A DNA stretch of 63,503 nt, counting the filler, from Chiloscyllium plagiosum (lineage: Eukaryota): the NCBI RefSeq assembly GCF_004010195.1. It is 5 parts of one record of this genome, joined end to end, with 100 filler letters (N's around TTAATTAATTAA, not from the genome) between each part and the next. Parts side by side here need not be neighbours in the genome. Positions count along the whole stretch, not along the records: positions 43,531 to 50,257 come from NC_057712.1; positions 50,358 to 59,152 come from NC_057712.1; positions 59,253 to 63,503 come from NC_057712.1; 2 more parts are not named here. One strand, given 5' to 3'. A program made the position numbers and the translations under genes. The notes beneath the pieces were generated by a model. The model saw only the letters and a program-made list of their open reading frames with translations, was not told the origin of the DNA and made no database searches. Numbering within the stretch: position 1 is the stretch's first letter; every line of letters starts with the position of its first letter. Of this stretch, positions 49,445-62,810 are shown piece after piece.

Positions 49445-51369
49445 CACTGTTCCTCCTCTGGTTTTGGGTCAAAATCTTGCAAGTTCCTCTCTAATGGCAT
49501 TTTAAGACTGCAATGGTTTAAGAAGGCAGTTTGCCATCACCTTTACAAGGGCAACTAGGATGGACAATAAAAAGTGGTTCAGCCACTGATGCCCCATATC
49601 CCACAGTAAATCTGAGGATTTTTAAAAATTATCTTCAAATTTTAGAATAGCATTGCAATTTTCCTTCCAGATAACAACTTTATCTCACCTTAAAGTGACA
49701 TGAATGAATTATTCTAAGTTGCAACAGGTTGGCAACATTGATTCAGGCAAAACTTTCAGCACTGTAAGGATTCACAAACCAGGGACACAAATTAAAAAGT
49801 TACAAGTAACAATATGAGGCCCATGTAACATTTTCACAGGATAATAAATACTTGTGAACAATGTTACTAAGGAAGGCCGTTGAAATTAATAATGCAAACA
49901 CATTCAAGAGGAAAAGAACTGTTTCTCGGGAGAAGATTGAGGGAAATGATAAGAAGGTAGAAAAGAAATATTTAAAACTCAGCAACTTTCTCCTGAAAGT
50001 TACTTTGTTCATTAATTCTTTCAGCAATGGAAATGTGTTGCTGGAAAAGCGCAGCAGGTCAGGCAGCATCCAGGGAACAGGAGAATCGACGTTTCGGGCA
50101 TTAGCCCTTCTTCAGGAATGAGGAAAGTTTGTCCAGCAGGCTAAGATAAAAGATAGGGAGGAGGGACTTGGGGGAGGGGCGTCGGAAATGTGATAGGTGG
50201 AAAGAGGTCAAGGTGAGGGTGATAGGTCAGACGGGGGTGGGGGCGGAGAGGTCGGGANNNNNNNNNNNNNNNNNNNNNNNNNNNNNNNNNNNNNNNNNNN
50301 NTTAATTAATTAANNNNNNNNNNNNNNNNNNNNNNNNNNNNNNNNNNNNNNNNNNNNTGATGACTCTGTCTGTCCTAGCTTTTAGCTTCCAGCCTAACTC
50401 CCTGAGCTCTTGAATGACCTCCCCACCCTTCTTCCTATCTATGTCGTTGGTGCCAACGTGCACCACGACTTCTGGCTGCACACCCTCCCCCTTAAGGATT
50501 CTGAAGACACGGTCCGAGACGTGTCTTCTATTGTTTCTAGAAATTTCTCCACTACTGAAGTTAAACTGATGGCCTATAATTGCTTGTTATTCTTTTTGAA
50601 CAAGGGCATGACATTTGCAATTCTCCAGTCCTCAGGCACCACCCTCAAGTTCAAGGGTATCTCCACAATTTCCACTATTAGTTCCCTCTGCCCCCTTGAA
50701 TGCAACTCATCCAGTCCTAGTGTCTTATCAACTCTAAGTACAGACAGCATGAAATCTGGTATTTAACAACCATAGACTAACAATTCTCCATCCTATAAAA
50801 TGAAATCAGAAGATGAGCGAGCTGGAAAAGGTGCATGTGGAAAGGGTAACCTCAGAGTTATCTTGTTTAATGATAAGCTTGGATCTTAGCTCTGCTGGGA
50901 GATAGAATAAGGTGCTTCTAGATGCCCAGCCTTTAATAGAAAATTATTTCTGTGCACGCATGACTGGGTGCACAGATGACATAGATGATTGTGCAGGACT
51001 CTCCTGCCAGTAAAAAACATTTGTACATTACTGACTTGATGGTCATTTCAGTGTCCACTCAGCTTCATGCTTCGAGGCCCTTTATGTATTGGCACCTTTA
51101 TCAGTCTTTCCCTGTCACCCTGAACCAGTTGGAGCGAGAATAGATAGAAGCTTCAATTAGATCATAGATTTAGACATGCTGCCCTCCCACAAATCAGTGA
51201 AAGTAATCAGCAGCAGCCTGATAGCAGAGGGTCTTATAGAGTAGGGTTGGAACATGATGCCCCCTCTCCATCATGTTGATTATACAAGTACACCTCTAAC
51301 ACTCTCCAAGGTAACAGAAAGGCACTTGACCCTGACTTCCTCAGAGGACACCAGTTCAGCTTCCACGAA

Positions 51370-51890
51370 TCAAAGAACAAAAGACACAAGAGCACAGGAA
51401 CAGGGCCTTTGGCCCTCCAAGCCTGTGCAAACACATTTTGCCCTTCCATACTAACGCTATCTTCACTTACAGGACCTGTATCCCTCTATTCCCTTCCTAT
51501 TCATGTATTAGTGCTTCTTGAATGTTGCTATCATGTCTGTTCCATCACCTCCTCTGGAAAAGCATTCCAGGCACTCACCATCTTTTGTGTGAAAAACTTG
51601 CCTCGCAGATCTCTTTCAAACATCCCTCCCTCGCACCTTGAACTTATGCCCCTTCGTAATTGACCCCTCCAACTTGGGAAAAAGCCTCATATTTTCCACT
51701 CTATCCATGGCATTCACAATCTTATAAACTTCTATCAAGTAGCCCCTCGACCTCCTGATTTCCATTGGAAATAAACCCAATCTATCCAATCTTTCTTCGT
51801 AGCTAAAATCCCCCACAATGGGCAACATCCTGGTAAACCATTTCTGTTTCATATCCAACGAATCCACATCCTTCTGGTCGTGTGGTGACC
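51370..51890 (-). mobile_element. Old CR1 3' end; part of it is copied in inverted orientation at 52264-52446
   Basis: ORFs 51616-51867 (-) and 52235-52438 (+) share the identical peptide RLGLFPMEIRRSRGYLIEVYKIVNAMDRVENMRLFPKLEGSITKGHKFKVRGRDV. Confidence 0.85.
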
Positions 51891-52727
51891 AAAACTCGAC
51901 ACAATCCTTGTCCTGGCTTCAACAGGAACATCTGCCATGCTGAGGAAGTAGTTTGCAGGACCAGTAGAGTTAACAATTCTCTGTGCCTTGCAGTAACTAC
52001 TGACACTGAATGAGTATCAGTGTAGGTCTCTGAGTTGGTATTTATCAGAGGATGGTAGCAGTGAGGTAGATAGAGAGGGCAGAGATTGTTCAGCTGAAGA
52101 ACACATCAATGAGCTATAGCCAAACAGCTCTGACTGCAGGAAGGTATTGGGCTTCTCCATTTCTTCATCAGTCTCAATGTCATTAGCATAGTATCCCCCA
52201 CATTGTGAAAATTTTAATCCAATGATTAAACCTTGTGATTTCACATTGTGAGCAAAGATGTGCATTGTATAGATTGGGTTTATTTCCAATGGAAATCAGG
52301 AGGTCGAGGGGCTACTTGATAGAAGTTTATAAGATTGTGAATGCCATGGATAGAGTGGAAAATATGAGGCTTTTTCCCAAGTTGGAGGGGTCAATTACGA
52401 AGGGGCATAAGTTCAAGGTGCGAGGGAGGGATGTTTGAAAGAGATCAGTAATATACAGGACACTCATTCTGGGTCACACCAGAGGAAGGCAACCAACAAT
52501 AGAGCATTTGTTTGAGAACTCAATTGTCTACTTGATATGGCCTAGGTTGTGGATGTGTTTGTAGACAAAGATTCTTGAGAAAAATCTTGCGCTGCGTCCT
52601 TAGCAGCCAGCCTCTCAATTGCTCTGCAAGGGCAAGGTGACAGGTGTTAAAGATTGCTGCATTATAACATGGGATCAGACCTACCTAACATGCTGCTCAC
52701 AATAATACAATCATTGTGCATTACTGT

Positions 52728-52892
52728 AAATCACACAACACCAGGTTATGGTCCAAAAGGTTTATTTGGAAGTACAAGCTTTCAGAGCGCCGTTCCATAG
52801 GACTGTTAGCTACCTGACAAAGGAGCAGCATTCCGAAAGCTTATACTTCCAAATAAATCCTGTTGGACTATAACCTGGTGTCATGTGATTTT
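52728..52892. mobile_element. Inverted pair of termini from a second Penelope-like family
   Basis: AAATCACACAACACCAGGTTAT... / ...ATAACCTGGTGTCATGTGATTT. The same family occurs at 47313-47400 and 62255-62350. Confidence 0.7.
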
Positions 52893-52985
52893 TAATGGTG
52901 GTTCACATCAGTCCAACGCCAACACCTCCACATCATGTTATTATTGGAAGGGAGGCCCTTGTGGTATATGGGTGCAGCATACTGT

Positions 52986-53308
52986 GCGGCACGGTGGCAC
53001 AGTGGTTAGCACTACTGCCTCGCAGCGCCAGAGACCCGGGTTCACTTCCCGACTCAGGCGACTGACTGTGTGGAGTTTGCACGTTCTCCCCGTGTCTGCG
53101 TGGGTTTCCTCCGGGGGCTCCGGTTTCCTCCCACAGTCCAAAGATCTGCAAGTCAGGTGAATTGGCCATGCTAAATTGCCCGTAGTGTTAGGTAAAGGGG
53201 TAAATGTAGGGGTATGGGTGGGTTACGCTTCAGCGGGTCGGTGTGGACTTGTTGGGCCGAAGGGCCTGTTTCCACACTGTAAGTAATTTAATCTAATCTA
53301 ATCTAATC
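52986..53308 (+). mobile_element. HE1 SINE, full length
   Basis: GCGGCACGGTGGCACAGTGGTTAGC head, V-domain and (TAATC)n tail. Confidence 0.92.
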
Positions 53309-53849
53309 ATACTGGTCTGATGGAATCTGCAGGATGACACTAATACATTCAATGAGGCTCTACACCCCACCCTGAAATCTGTTGGGAGCCAAAAAAACCT
53401 ATGCTGCTGCCATCAGAAGTATGATGTTATTGAGAGCAAAACAAGATATCTCTCACTTGCTTAGAGCAAGGAAGAAGAGCAGATGTAACTGTTGTAGGCT
53501 GGAAGGCACCAGAGACAAGGAGGTTCAGGCTGCAGTGACAATGACTGAAATAGATAGCTGTAGCTATGAATTACATTGTTTTGTTACAAGACGAGATGAA
53601 TCTCATAATGTTCCCCCAACATCCTTTTACTCTGTTCAACCCAGAATCTGAGCCTTAAGTCTCTGTCAAGAGGGAAAGGACTCCTAGGATTTCTAGCTGG
53701 TTGGCCTGCGGCTGCAGACCTGTTTTGCTCCTTCTCCTGCTGGTCTCCTTCCCCCTTGCGAAAGCTAATTGTTAGGAATCCCATAGATTGAAAGAAGTAC
53801 ATTGTCCCATAACAATCATAAAGTTCCACATTACTTGAGAATCACTTAA

Positions 53850-55670
53850 CATGACCTCCTAACCCCTGTATCCAATACTCTGACCAATAAAAGAAAGTAT
53901 ACCAAACGCCTTCTTCACTATCCTATCTACCTGCGACTCCACTCTTAAGGAGCTATGAACCTGCACTCCAAAGTCTCTTTGTTCAGCAACACTCCCTAGG
54001 ACCTTACCATTAAGTCCTGCTAAGATTTGCTTTCCAAAAATGCAATTTTGGGAAATTAAACTCCATCTGCCACTTTAAGCCCATTGGCCCAACTGATCAA
54101 GATCCCATTGTACTCTGGAGTAATCCTCTTCGCTGTCCACTACACCTCCAATTTTGGTGTCATCTGCAAACTTACTAACTGTACCTCTTATGCTCACATC
54201 CAAAACATTTATATAAATAATGAAAAGTAGAGGACCCAGCACTGTTCCTTGTGGCACTCCACTGGTCATAGGCCTCCAGTCTGAAGAACAACCCTCCACC
54301 ACCACCCTCTGTCTTCTACTTTTGAGCCAGTTCTGTACCCAAATGGCTAGTTCTCCCCATATTCCATAAGATCTAACCTTGCTAACCATTCTCCCATGGG
54401 GAAATTTGTCAAACGCCTGACTGAACTCCATATAGATCACATCTACCATTCTGCCCTCATCAATCCTCTTTGTTACTTCTTCAAAAAACTCAATCAGGTT
54501 TGTGAGAAATGATTTCCCATGCACAAAGCCATGTTGACTATCCCTAAACAATCCTTGCCTTTCCAAATACATGTACATCCTGCCCCTCAGGATTCTCTCC
54601 AACAATTTGCCCACCACCGACCCAGGCTCACTGGTGTATAATTCCCTGGCTTGTCCTTAGCACCTTTCTTAAACAGTGGCACACCATGTTAGCCAACCTC
54701 TAGTCTTCCGGCACCTCACCTGTGACTATCAATGATACAGGTATCTCAGTAAGAGGCCCAGCAATCACTTCCCTAGCTTCCCACAGAGTTCTAGGGTACA
54801 GGACATTGGTTAGGCCACTGTTGAAATATTGCATGCAACTCTGGTCTCTTTCCTATCGGAAAGATGTTGTGAAACTTGAAAGGGTTCAGAAAAGATTTAA
54901 AAAGATGTTGCCAGGGTTGGATGACTTGTGTTAGAGAAATAGGCTAGGACTGTTTTCCTTGGAGAGTCAGAGGCTGAGGGGTGACCTTATAGAGGTTTAT
55001 AAAATCATGAGGGGCATAGATAGGATAAATAGACAAAGTATTTTTCCTGGGGTGGGGGAGTCCAGAACTAGAGGGCATAGGTTTAGGGTGAGAGGAGAAA
55101 GAGACCAGATGGGTCAATGGGCTGAGAAGTGGCAGATGGAGTTTAATTCAGATAAATGTAAGGTGCTGCATTTTGGGAAAGCAAATCTTAGTAGGGCTTA
55201 TACATTTAATGGTAAGGTCCTAGGGAATGTTGCTGAACAAAGAGACCTTGGAGTGTAGGTACGTAGCTCCTTGAAGGTGGAGTCGCAGGTAGATAGGATA
55301 GTGAAGAAGGCATTTGGTATGCTTTCTTTTATTGGTCAGAGTATTGAATACAGGAGTTGGGAGGTCATGTTGCAGCTGTACAGGACATTGGTTAAGCCAA
55401 TAAAAGAGACCTAAAAGATATAAAAGAAACCTAAGGGGCAACGTTCTCACGCAGAGGGTGGTACGTGTATGGAATGAGCTGCCAGAGGAAGTGGTGGAGG
55501 CTGGTACAATTGGAAAATTTAAAAGGCATTTTGATGGGTATATGAATAAGAAAGGTTTGGAAGGATATGGGCTGGGTGCTGGCAGGTGGGAGTAGATTGG
55601 GTTGGAATATCTGGTCAGCATGGACGGGTCTGTTTCCATGCTGTACATCTCTATAACTCTATGACTCTAT
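53850..55670. mobile_element. Rearranged CR1: minus-strand RT core joined to plus-strand 3' segments
   Basis: ORF 54075-54617 (QHGF..GKS.LTNL; GVPQG.VLGPLLF..YIN; KFADDTK). Orientation switches at about 54797-54800, and the plus part jumps back at about 55100 and forward at about 55400. Confidence 0.88.
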
Positions 55671-57739
55671 AACTAGCTAAACTCTTGTAATGGTGCAGTA
55701 TAAGACCTCTTGAGTGTTTGCAGCACTTCCTATGAGAATAGGTTGCTATTGAAGCACTCTTAGCAATGCCCATGGTTTGTGGTGAGTCCAGGAAGTTGTG
55801 TGGACAGAACTGAACTGATTGACGTATGAGTGACATCAATGTCAGTTAACCCTATTAATAAATACATCAACTTTAAGCACAGTCTTACTTTCTAAAGCAA
55901 TTAATGCATGATGCATTATCTACTTGAAAGACAGCCGTGTGGGCAGAAAATGGCTGAACTTCAAGGATCAATGTTAGCTATAAATAAGTGTCAGAGCACA
56001 GCAAGAATTTCTGAAAAAAAAACTCTGCAGATGCCTTTCTTTAGTCATGACTTACATCATCAAATCTACAAAAGATGGTACATTTCTTAACAGACAGAAC
56101 ACTGAAACTCTGAATATCAAGTACTGTTGTAATTGTGTTTGGGGTAAATTAGCATTTTATGTTGCTCAAAAATATCTTCTTTTCCTACTTTTTACTTTTA
56201 TGCTCATTCCCTTTCCTTCTCCTTTCATCAAAATATTGACTCCAATATAAATGTAATTCAACAAGTACTAAGTATGATATGTTACTATTGGTCATTCTTC
56301 CTGACTAAGCTCAGGTAATAAAATTCCATCTTGCTGCACCTCCACCCACTGTATGGAGCCTTCCATGTGGCAGATTGGAATATATAGCTCTTTGTAAAAA
56401 TGAATACACATGGAATTGGACATTGCCTTTTGACTTGAGTTAGAAGTTGGTTGGAAGATAGGAGGCAAAGAGCAGAGAATAAAGGGTAAGTACTCTACTG
56501 GTTTGTGACTATCAGTGTTTAGCAGTGATCTGCTCTGAGTTCTTACATTTTCACCATACTTAATAATGACTTGAATGAAGAAATAGAGATTTGCATATCC
56601 CAATTTACAGATGACACTAAGTTAGGAAAGACAATAAATTTGCAGAAAGTAGTAGTAAGTTGCATGGAGCCCATTGGCAAAATCAGTGGGCAAAACAATG
56701 TCCAATTGCATAGAGTAGATGTTTAGAAACAGAAATCAAATTATTTTCTAAAAGGAACTATAGAGAAGCAAAGGGAATCAAGGGTTAAGGGGAAAGTAAT
56801 GTTCAGGATTATCAGATCAACCATGATCTCATTAAATGGCAGAGTGGTTCTGTTGGGCTGAATGGTCTACTTCTGTTCAAAGAATGACATACCTGTACCT
56901 AGGTCGGTTCCTATGTGCTATGGCCTTATTTGATCATTGGATACCTATCTCATTGAAATACAATAGGCAAGCACTAAAGTCAACAAAAACAAAAATGGAT
57001 GCAGATCAGTGTGATCCAACTGAATGGTGTAAAATTTTCAAGCTGCTGAATGGTTTCTTGTCCCTTTTGTCCTTATGTTCCTACATTGCACGTCTGAGTT
57101 AAAGTGGGAGGCTTTATTGCAGGCATTTCACAAGACAGATTATTGTTTCTAAAATATGTGCATTGTGTCTCTACCAATTCCTAGTGATTTGGGCAAGACT
57201 CTAATCCATAACCTACTTGTCAGGGAAAGAGGTCGGACCTACCTCGAATTATACATTACCATTATTTGAGTGAATATCAAAGCCATGGTTCCTGAAGGCT
57301 CCTGGTTGTTACTTCAGTGCATGTTTAGGGAACAAAGGAGAAACAGTGGAAGCTATTTCCTACTTACTTAGTGCTGCATGGAATTGGATGAAGAAAATCA
57401 ATTCATAAATGTGTGATAGTCAGAAAATGTGCATATTTACTAGTAGAGTCACAAAATAATGTTTGCCAGAAAAACCATATATTCTGTCAGAGACTGAAAG
57501 CACTAGATCCTCAGCTGTTGGCAAATGTTCTAGGATGGCATTGTGAGGGCAGGAGTTAACTGAAAGACCAATCAGTGTAAAAGGTGGGTGGGTGGGGAGG
57601 GAGGAAAAAGTGAAGAACTTACGCTCGAATCGCCGACTGTCCTACTCCCCAGATGCTGCCTGACCAGCTGTGCTTTTCCAGCACCACACCTTTTGACTCT
57701 GATCTCCAGCATCTGCAGTCCTCACTTTCTCCCCTTAAA

Positions 57740-58400
57740 GGGAGGAAGGGCCTGGGTAGTGATATAGAACAGAGAGACCTAGGGGTTCAGGTATATAATT
57801 CTTTGAAGTATGGTCCACATATAAAGAGGGTGGTTAAGAAGGTGTTTAGCATGCTTGCCTTCTTTGCTCAGACTTTCGAGTATAAGCGTTGGCACATTAT
57901 GTTCGGGTTGTGCAAGACATTGGTGAGGTCTCTTTTGGAGTACTGTGTTCAGTTCTAGTCGCCCTGTTACAGGAAGAATATTATTAAGCTGGAGAGGATT
58001 CAGAAGAAATTTATCAGGATGTTTATGGGAATGGAGGGTTTGATTTATAAGTTGAGGTTGGGACTTTTTTGACTGGAGGTTGAGGGGTAACCTTACGGAT
58101 GTTTATAAAATCATGACGTGAAAATATAAGGTGAATGGCAGGTGGCTTTTCCCTAGGGTAGGGGTTTTTCAAAACCAGGTGGCATATTTTTAAGATGAGA
58201 GGAGAAAGATTTAAAAAGGACATGAAGGGCAGCTTTTTTACACAGGCTGTGGTTCGTGTGTGGAATGACCTTCCAGAGGAAATGGTGGATACGGGTATAG
58301 TTACAACATCTAGAAGACATTTGGATAAATACATGAATAAGAAATATCCTGAGGGATATGGGCCAAGTGCAAGCTGGTGTGACTAGTTTAATTTGGGAAC
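57740..58400 (+). mobile_element. CR1 LINE 3' portion
   Basis: EQRDLGVQV...LVRSLLEYCVQF and FFTQAVVRVWNDLP motifs. Confidence 0.85.
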
Positions 58401-59062
58401 ATGATTGGCATAGACTGCTATGACAAGAATGATGGTTTTAGCTGTGTGTGAGTAAGTTGATTTTGAGTCAGTCAAAATCTTACTCCCTGTAGCTTAAGTT
58501 GGGACATCATAATTGGTTTGTGAAGTTACAGTCTGTTTCATCTTATAATCTCACCTACAGGGAAAGTTGCAAGAATCTTTGATATTCAAATAAATGAATA
58601 TTTAAAAACATATATAGATTACAAATGAAGACTGACACAAGGTGCATTGGAAACAGTTTTCTCCCCATTTCTGACCAGAAAATCAGTACCTCCCAAAGGT
58701 CTTGAAATCTCTGGTCAGCATTTCCAACCTTTTCAGTGGGAGCAGGATGGATGTTACAGATGCAGCTTCAAGCTGTCAGTGCCCCATTCCACAAGGCTCT
58801 TGCTTCAGAAATTCATAGATTTTAGTGCCATTGGTAACAAAAAATCTCAGAACCTCAGCCAGGATCCAACAAGCCCATCAATTTTCTGGATCAACACTTT
58901 CAAGTACAAAGGCAGCACGGCATTTGTTATAACTGGGGGTCCATGCTCACTGACAATATCATTGTGCTAGGTAAAAACAATAACTGCAGATGCTGGAAAC
59001 CAGATTCTGGATCAGTGGTGCTGGAAGAGCACAGCAATTCAGGCAGCATCCAACGAGCAGCG

Positions 59063-59096
59063 AAATCGACGTTTCGGGCAAAAGCCCTTCATCAGG
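59063..59096 (-). ncRNA. Minimal type I hammerhead-ribozyme motif in a Penelope-like element terminus
   Basis: CCTGATGA-AGGGC-TTTT-GCCC-GAAACGTC gives the CUGAUGA core, stem II, GAAA and a GUC cleavage triplet. Related copies are at about 4367, 18878, 30588-30620, 47372-47400, 50084-50116 and 61500-61528. Confidence 0.7.
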
Positions 59097-59252
59097 AATA
59101 AAGGCAGAGAGCCTGGAGCGTGGAGAGATAAGCTAGGGGAGGGGGGGGGTGGNNNNNNNNNNNNNNNNNNNNNNNNNNNNNNNNNNNNNNNNNNNNTTAA
59201 TTAATTAANNNNNNNNNNNNNNNNNNNNNNNNNNNNNNNNNNNNNNNNNNNN

Positions 59253-59510
59253 TATAAAAGAGACCTAAGGGGCAACATTTTCACACAGAGGATGGTATGT
59301 GTATGGAATGAGCTGCCAGAGGATGTGGTGGAGGCTGGTACAATTGCAACATTTAAGAGGCATTTGGATGGGTATATGAATAGGACGGGTTTGGAGGGAT
59401 ATGGGCCGGGTGCTAGCAGGTGGGACTGGAATGGGTTGGGATATCCTGTCGGCATGGACGGGTTGGACCGAAGGGTGTGTTTCTATGCTGTACATCTCTA
59501 TGACTCTATT
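59253..59510 (+). mobile_element. CR1 3' end
   Basis: VWNELPEDVVEAGTIATFKRHLDGYM plus tail ctatgactctat. Confidence 0.9.
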
Positions 59511-59596
59511 TTTCCTTTCTTTTCATGTCTATCTTTTCCAAATTACCTTGAATTTAACACCACAAAAATAGGTCACTCAGCTATTGGTCACTGTGG

Positions 59597-60300
59597 CAAA
59601 AATGAGGACTGCAGATGCTGGAGATTAATGTTGAGAGTGTGGTGCTGGAAAAGCACAGCAGGTCATGCAGCATCCGAAGAGCAGGAAAATCAACATTTCT
59701 GATGAAAGCCCTTCATCAGTCATGAGACTAGGAGCCTCACAGGTGGAGAGATAAATGGGAGGGGGTGGGATTGGGCGAAGAAAGCTAAGAGTGCAATAGG
59801 TGGATGGAGGTGTGGGTAATGGTGATAGGTTGAAGTGGAGGGTGAGCGGATACGTTGGAGGTAAGATGGACAGGTAAGACAGGTCATGAAAGCTGTGCTG
59901 AGCTGGAAGGTTTGAACTGGGATAAGGTGAGGGAAAGGGGAAATGAAACTGATGAAATCCACATTGATGCCATGGGGTTGGAAGGTCCCGAAATGGAAGA
60001 TGAGGAGTTCTTCCTCCAGGCATTGGGTGGTAAGGGAGTGGCGATAGTGGAGGCACAGGACCTGCATGTCCTCAGTGGAATGGGAGGTGGAGTTGAAGTT
60101 GTCCTCAGTGGAATGGGAGGTGGAGTTGAAGTTATCAGCCACGGGATGGTGTGTTTGGTTGGTGCAGGTGTCCCAGAGATGTTCTCTGAACCGGTCTGCG
60201 AGTGGGCGTCCTGTCTCCCCAATGTAGAGGAGACCACATCGGGAACAACAGATACTGTAAATGACATGTGTGGAAGTGCAGGTGAAACTTTGATGGACGT
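59597..60300 (-). mobile_element. Penelope-like element 3' end (GIY-YIG endonuclease plus terminal repeat)
   Basis: The minus strand reads FTCTSTHVIY.ICCSRCGLLYIGETGRPLADRFREH...VADNFNSTSHS...R..EEE.LIF..GT.QPHGINVDF. There is an internal tandem duplication of about 30 bp at 60070-60132. Confidence 0.88.
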
Positions 60301-60329
60301 GGCTGCCTTCCTAAGAAGTTGACAACAAA

Positions 60330-61340
60330 TACGATAAGGACCAGGGGTGACATCAAGCCCAGGAGTGGCTGCAGTAGATTACCACAGAAAACAAAGAGCA
60401 TCCAACCCAGGCAGAGGTGGGAGCTTCAGATGTCTTGACCGCAGTTTCTTGGCTAAGGCTCCATTTCCTGGGGATAAGTTAGGCACAGAGTCCACTCAAG
60501 TTCCATATGAATCAGGATACTGTTTGAATGGGACTGGATGATTGCAAGTATGGGAGACCATCCTCTCCTTTTGTTGTGAATGTCACTGAGGGAGGGACTG
60601 AACTTCCAGGGAGTACCAGGTAAGTTGTTTGGGATTTGTCAGTTATACACCCACAAATGCATCAGTACAGTGACCAATGCCATCTGTGCAATGTCTTACT
60701 CGTTCATTTCATTCCTCCACAATGACGAGAATGTTGCAGCTTGGACAGTCAGATTCGAGAACATAGCTAGGATCCCCAGGTGCCATTGACTGGACCAACA
60801 TGGCACTCAGGGGGCTATATCACAACTCTGCAGAATTCATCAACAGGAAGGGCTTCCATTCCATTTATGTTCTGCTGACCTCTGATCACTATTACCATTT
60901 CCCGGAGGTGTGTACTCACTACCCTGGCAGCTGTCACAACTCCTACCCTGGAGCACTGTCATATGCTTGCTGCATTGTGGGGTCTAGGTGACCCACAAAG
61001 CTGGTTTGTGGGAGTCATTGCGCACCTTCTGTCTAATGCGAAGCATAGACATAATTCTACCCTATGCTGCGCTAAGGGTCATAAGGGAGCAAACAATAGA
61101 TATTGAGGATATTGTTGCACCAGGCCCTCTAGTATAGTCCAGACTGAGTGTGCCACATCATCCTAGTATGTTCTGCTCTGCACAGTTGGAGTAGGCAATG
61201 AGGTGATGTGTTTGACACTGAGAAAATAGAGGAGCGACAGTCATCTTCCAGGTAGGAGAATAAGAACAGAACTTTTCCTCTGTGCATAACTGGAGTCAGC
61301 TGACCCAGGCATTGCAAGCCGAGGAGGAGTTGACTGACAC
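60330..61340 (+). pseudogene. Decayed PIF/Harbinger (HARBI1-like) DDE transposase
   Basis: ORFs 60580-60789 and 60800-60991: GICQ..THKCI..VTNAI, FINRKGFHSI.V.L..DH and VCTHYPGSCH, followed by a C-terminal CSALH segment. Confidence 0.82.
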
Positions 61341-62529
61341 CTAGTTTCAGTAGATGAAAGTAGCTGACTACATTGAATGTACAAGTAGTGTTGGTGAAGA
61401 TAGGAGAAAGTGAGGACTGCGAATGCTGGAGATCAGAGTCGAGAGTGTGGTGCTGGAAAAGCATAGCAGATCAGGCAGCATCCGAGGAGGAGGAGAATCT
61501 ATGTTTTGAGTGTAAGCCTTTCATCAGGAAGATGAAGATGCCTGTATCTGGTTTACTTTGCTGGGGTGATATACAGACTCTATTGACCTCGCTGGGTTTC
61601 ACTCGTTGCAAGGAAACCTTGATATCTGGAATGATGTGATTGTTTGCCTGCACGTCATTTTGCCCCACTGTGCAATGAGAACCTGCAGGGCTCCATTATG
61701 CACTGGACACCGAGCACTGGTGACATTGAGACAGTGCTTAGATGAGTGTAGCAAAAATCAGGTTAGTCATGTGACATGGTGATCAACAGCAACAAGAGTA
61801 AGAGAATGAGATTGTATGTGTGAGAAAGTGTCAGGTATACCTTCTATATACCATAAATAGTGTGGCTTTGTGGATGCTGTGCCATTGCACCACCAGTGAG
61901 GGACACTAAATTGCCAACACTTATCAGGCTGCATAGCAGCCCTTTAAAGATGGTTTGGATGTAAAGGTTGCCTGGTGAGTGGTGAGTTATTCCAGGAAAG
62001 ACATGTGTTAAGAAGGAGTTAGAATCATACTATATGAACAGGGACAATAGTTAATAAGATGACTTTGGTAACATATAGCAAAAAAACTCACTAGGCCTCA
62101 TAGAAACTCTCCATAAGTCTCTACACAATAGACTTAGCCAAAAAAGGTATGAGTCAGCACCATGTCTGAGTTTCTAAGGCAACATATCTGTAGCTATCAT
62201 AATATAAACTAATCTTGTTAGGACAAAAGCCTCTATTCATTAATTTGGAGAGCCGGTGTTGGACTGGAGTGTACAAAGTTAAAAATCATACAAAACCAGG
62301 TTATAGTCTAATTAAACCTGCTGGACTATAACCTGGTGTTGTGTGATTTCGAACTCTTTTCATTAAGACTTACTAGTGGTCTTCCTCTCCCACTATAAAT
62401 AAAGAAATCCCTTTGTTCCAAATTAAGAAAGTGAATTGATGCTGCAAGTTTTTCCCAAACCAAAAGTTGATTGTAGCTGACAATGTAGCAACAGATAACA
62501 TCAGACCTCACAAAGCACTTTATTGTAGT

Positions 62530-62810
62530 ACCGACTGCTATATTAGCTGTAACGTAAATCATCCAGTTGCCAATTTGTAAGGAAATAGTAACATGATAAT
62601 GAACAGGTAACCTTTTTCTTGTGATGCTGATTGAGGGGCCAGGACATGGGGAATTATTCAAAATAGTGCCATGAGATATTTTAGATCACAAGAACTAGCA
62701 GACAGTACCACAGTTTGACATCTCATCTGAAAGATTGCACATCCAACTGTGCAGCACTCCCTTTGTTATGCATTGGAGCATCAACCTTGAATGTTCTGCT
62801 TGAGCTTCTG
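62530..62810 (-). mobile_element. Decayed Deu-domain-type SINE
   Basis: TTTGACATCTCATCTGAAAGA...GTGCAGCACTCCCT segment resembles the reverse complement of DeuSINE-type cores. Recognised by eye only. Confidence 0.55.
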
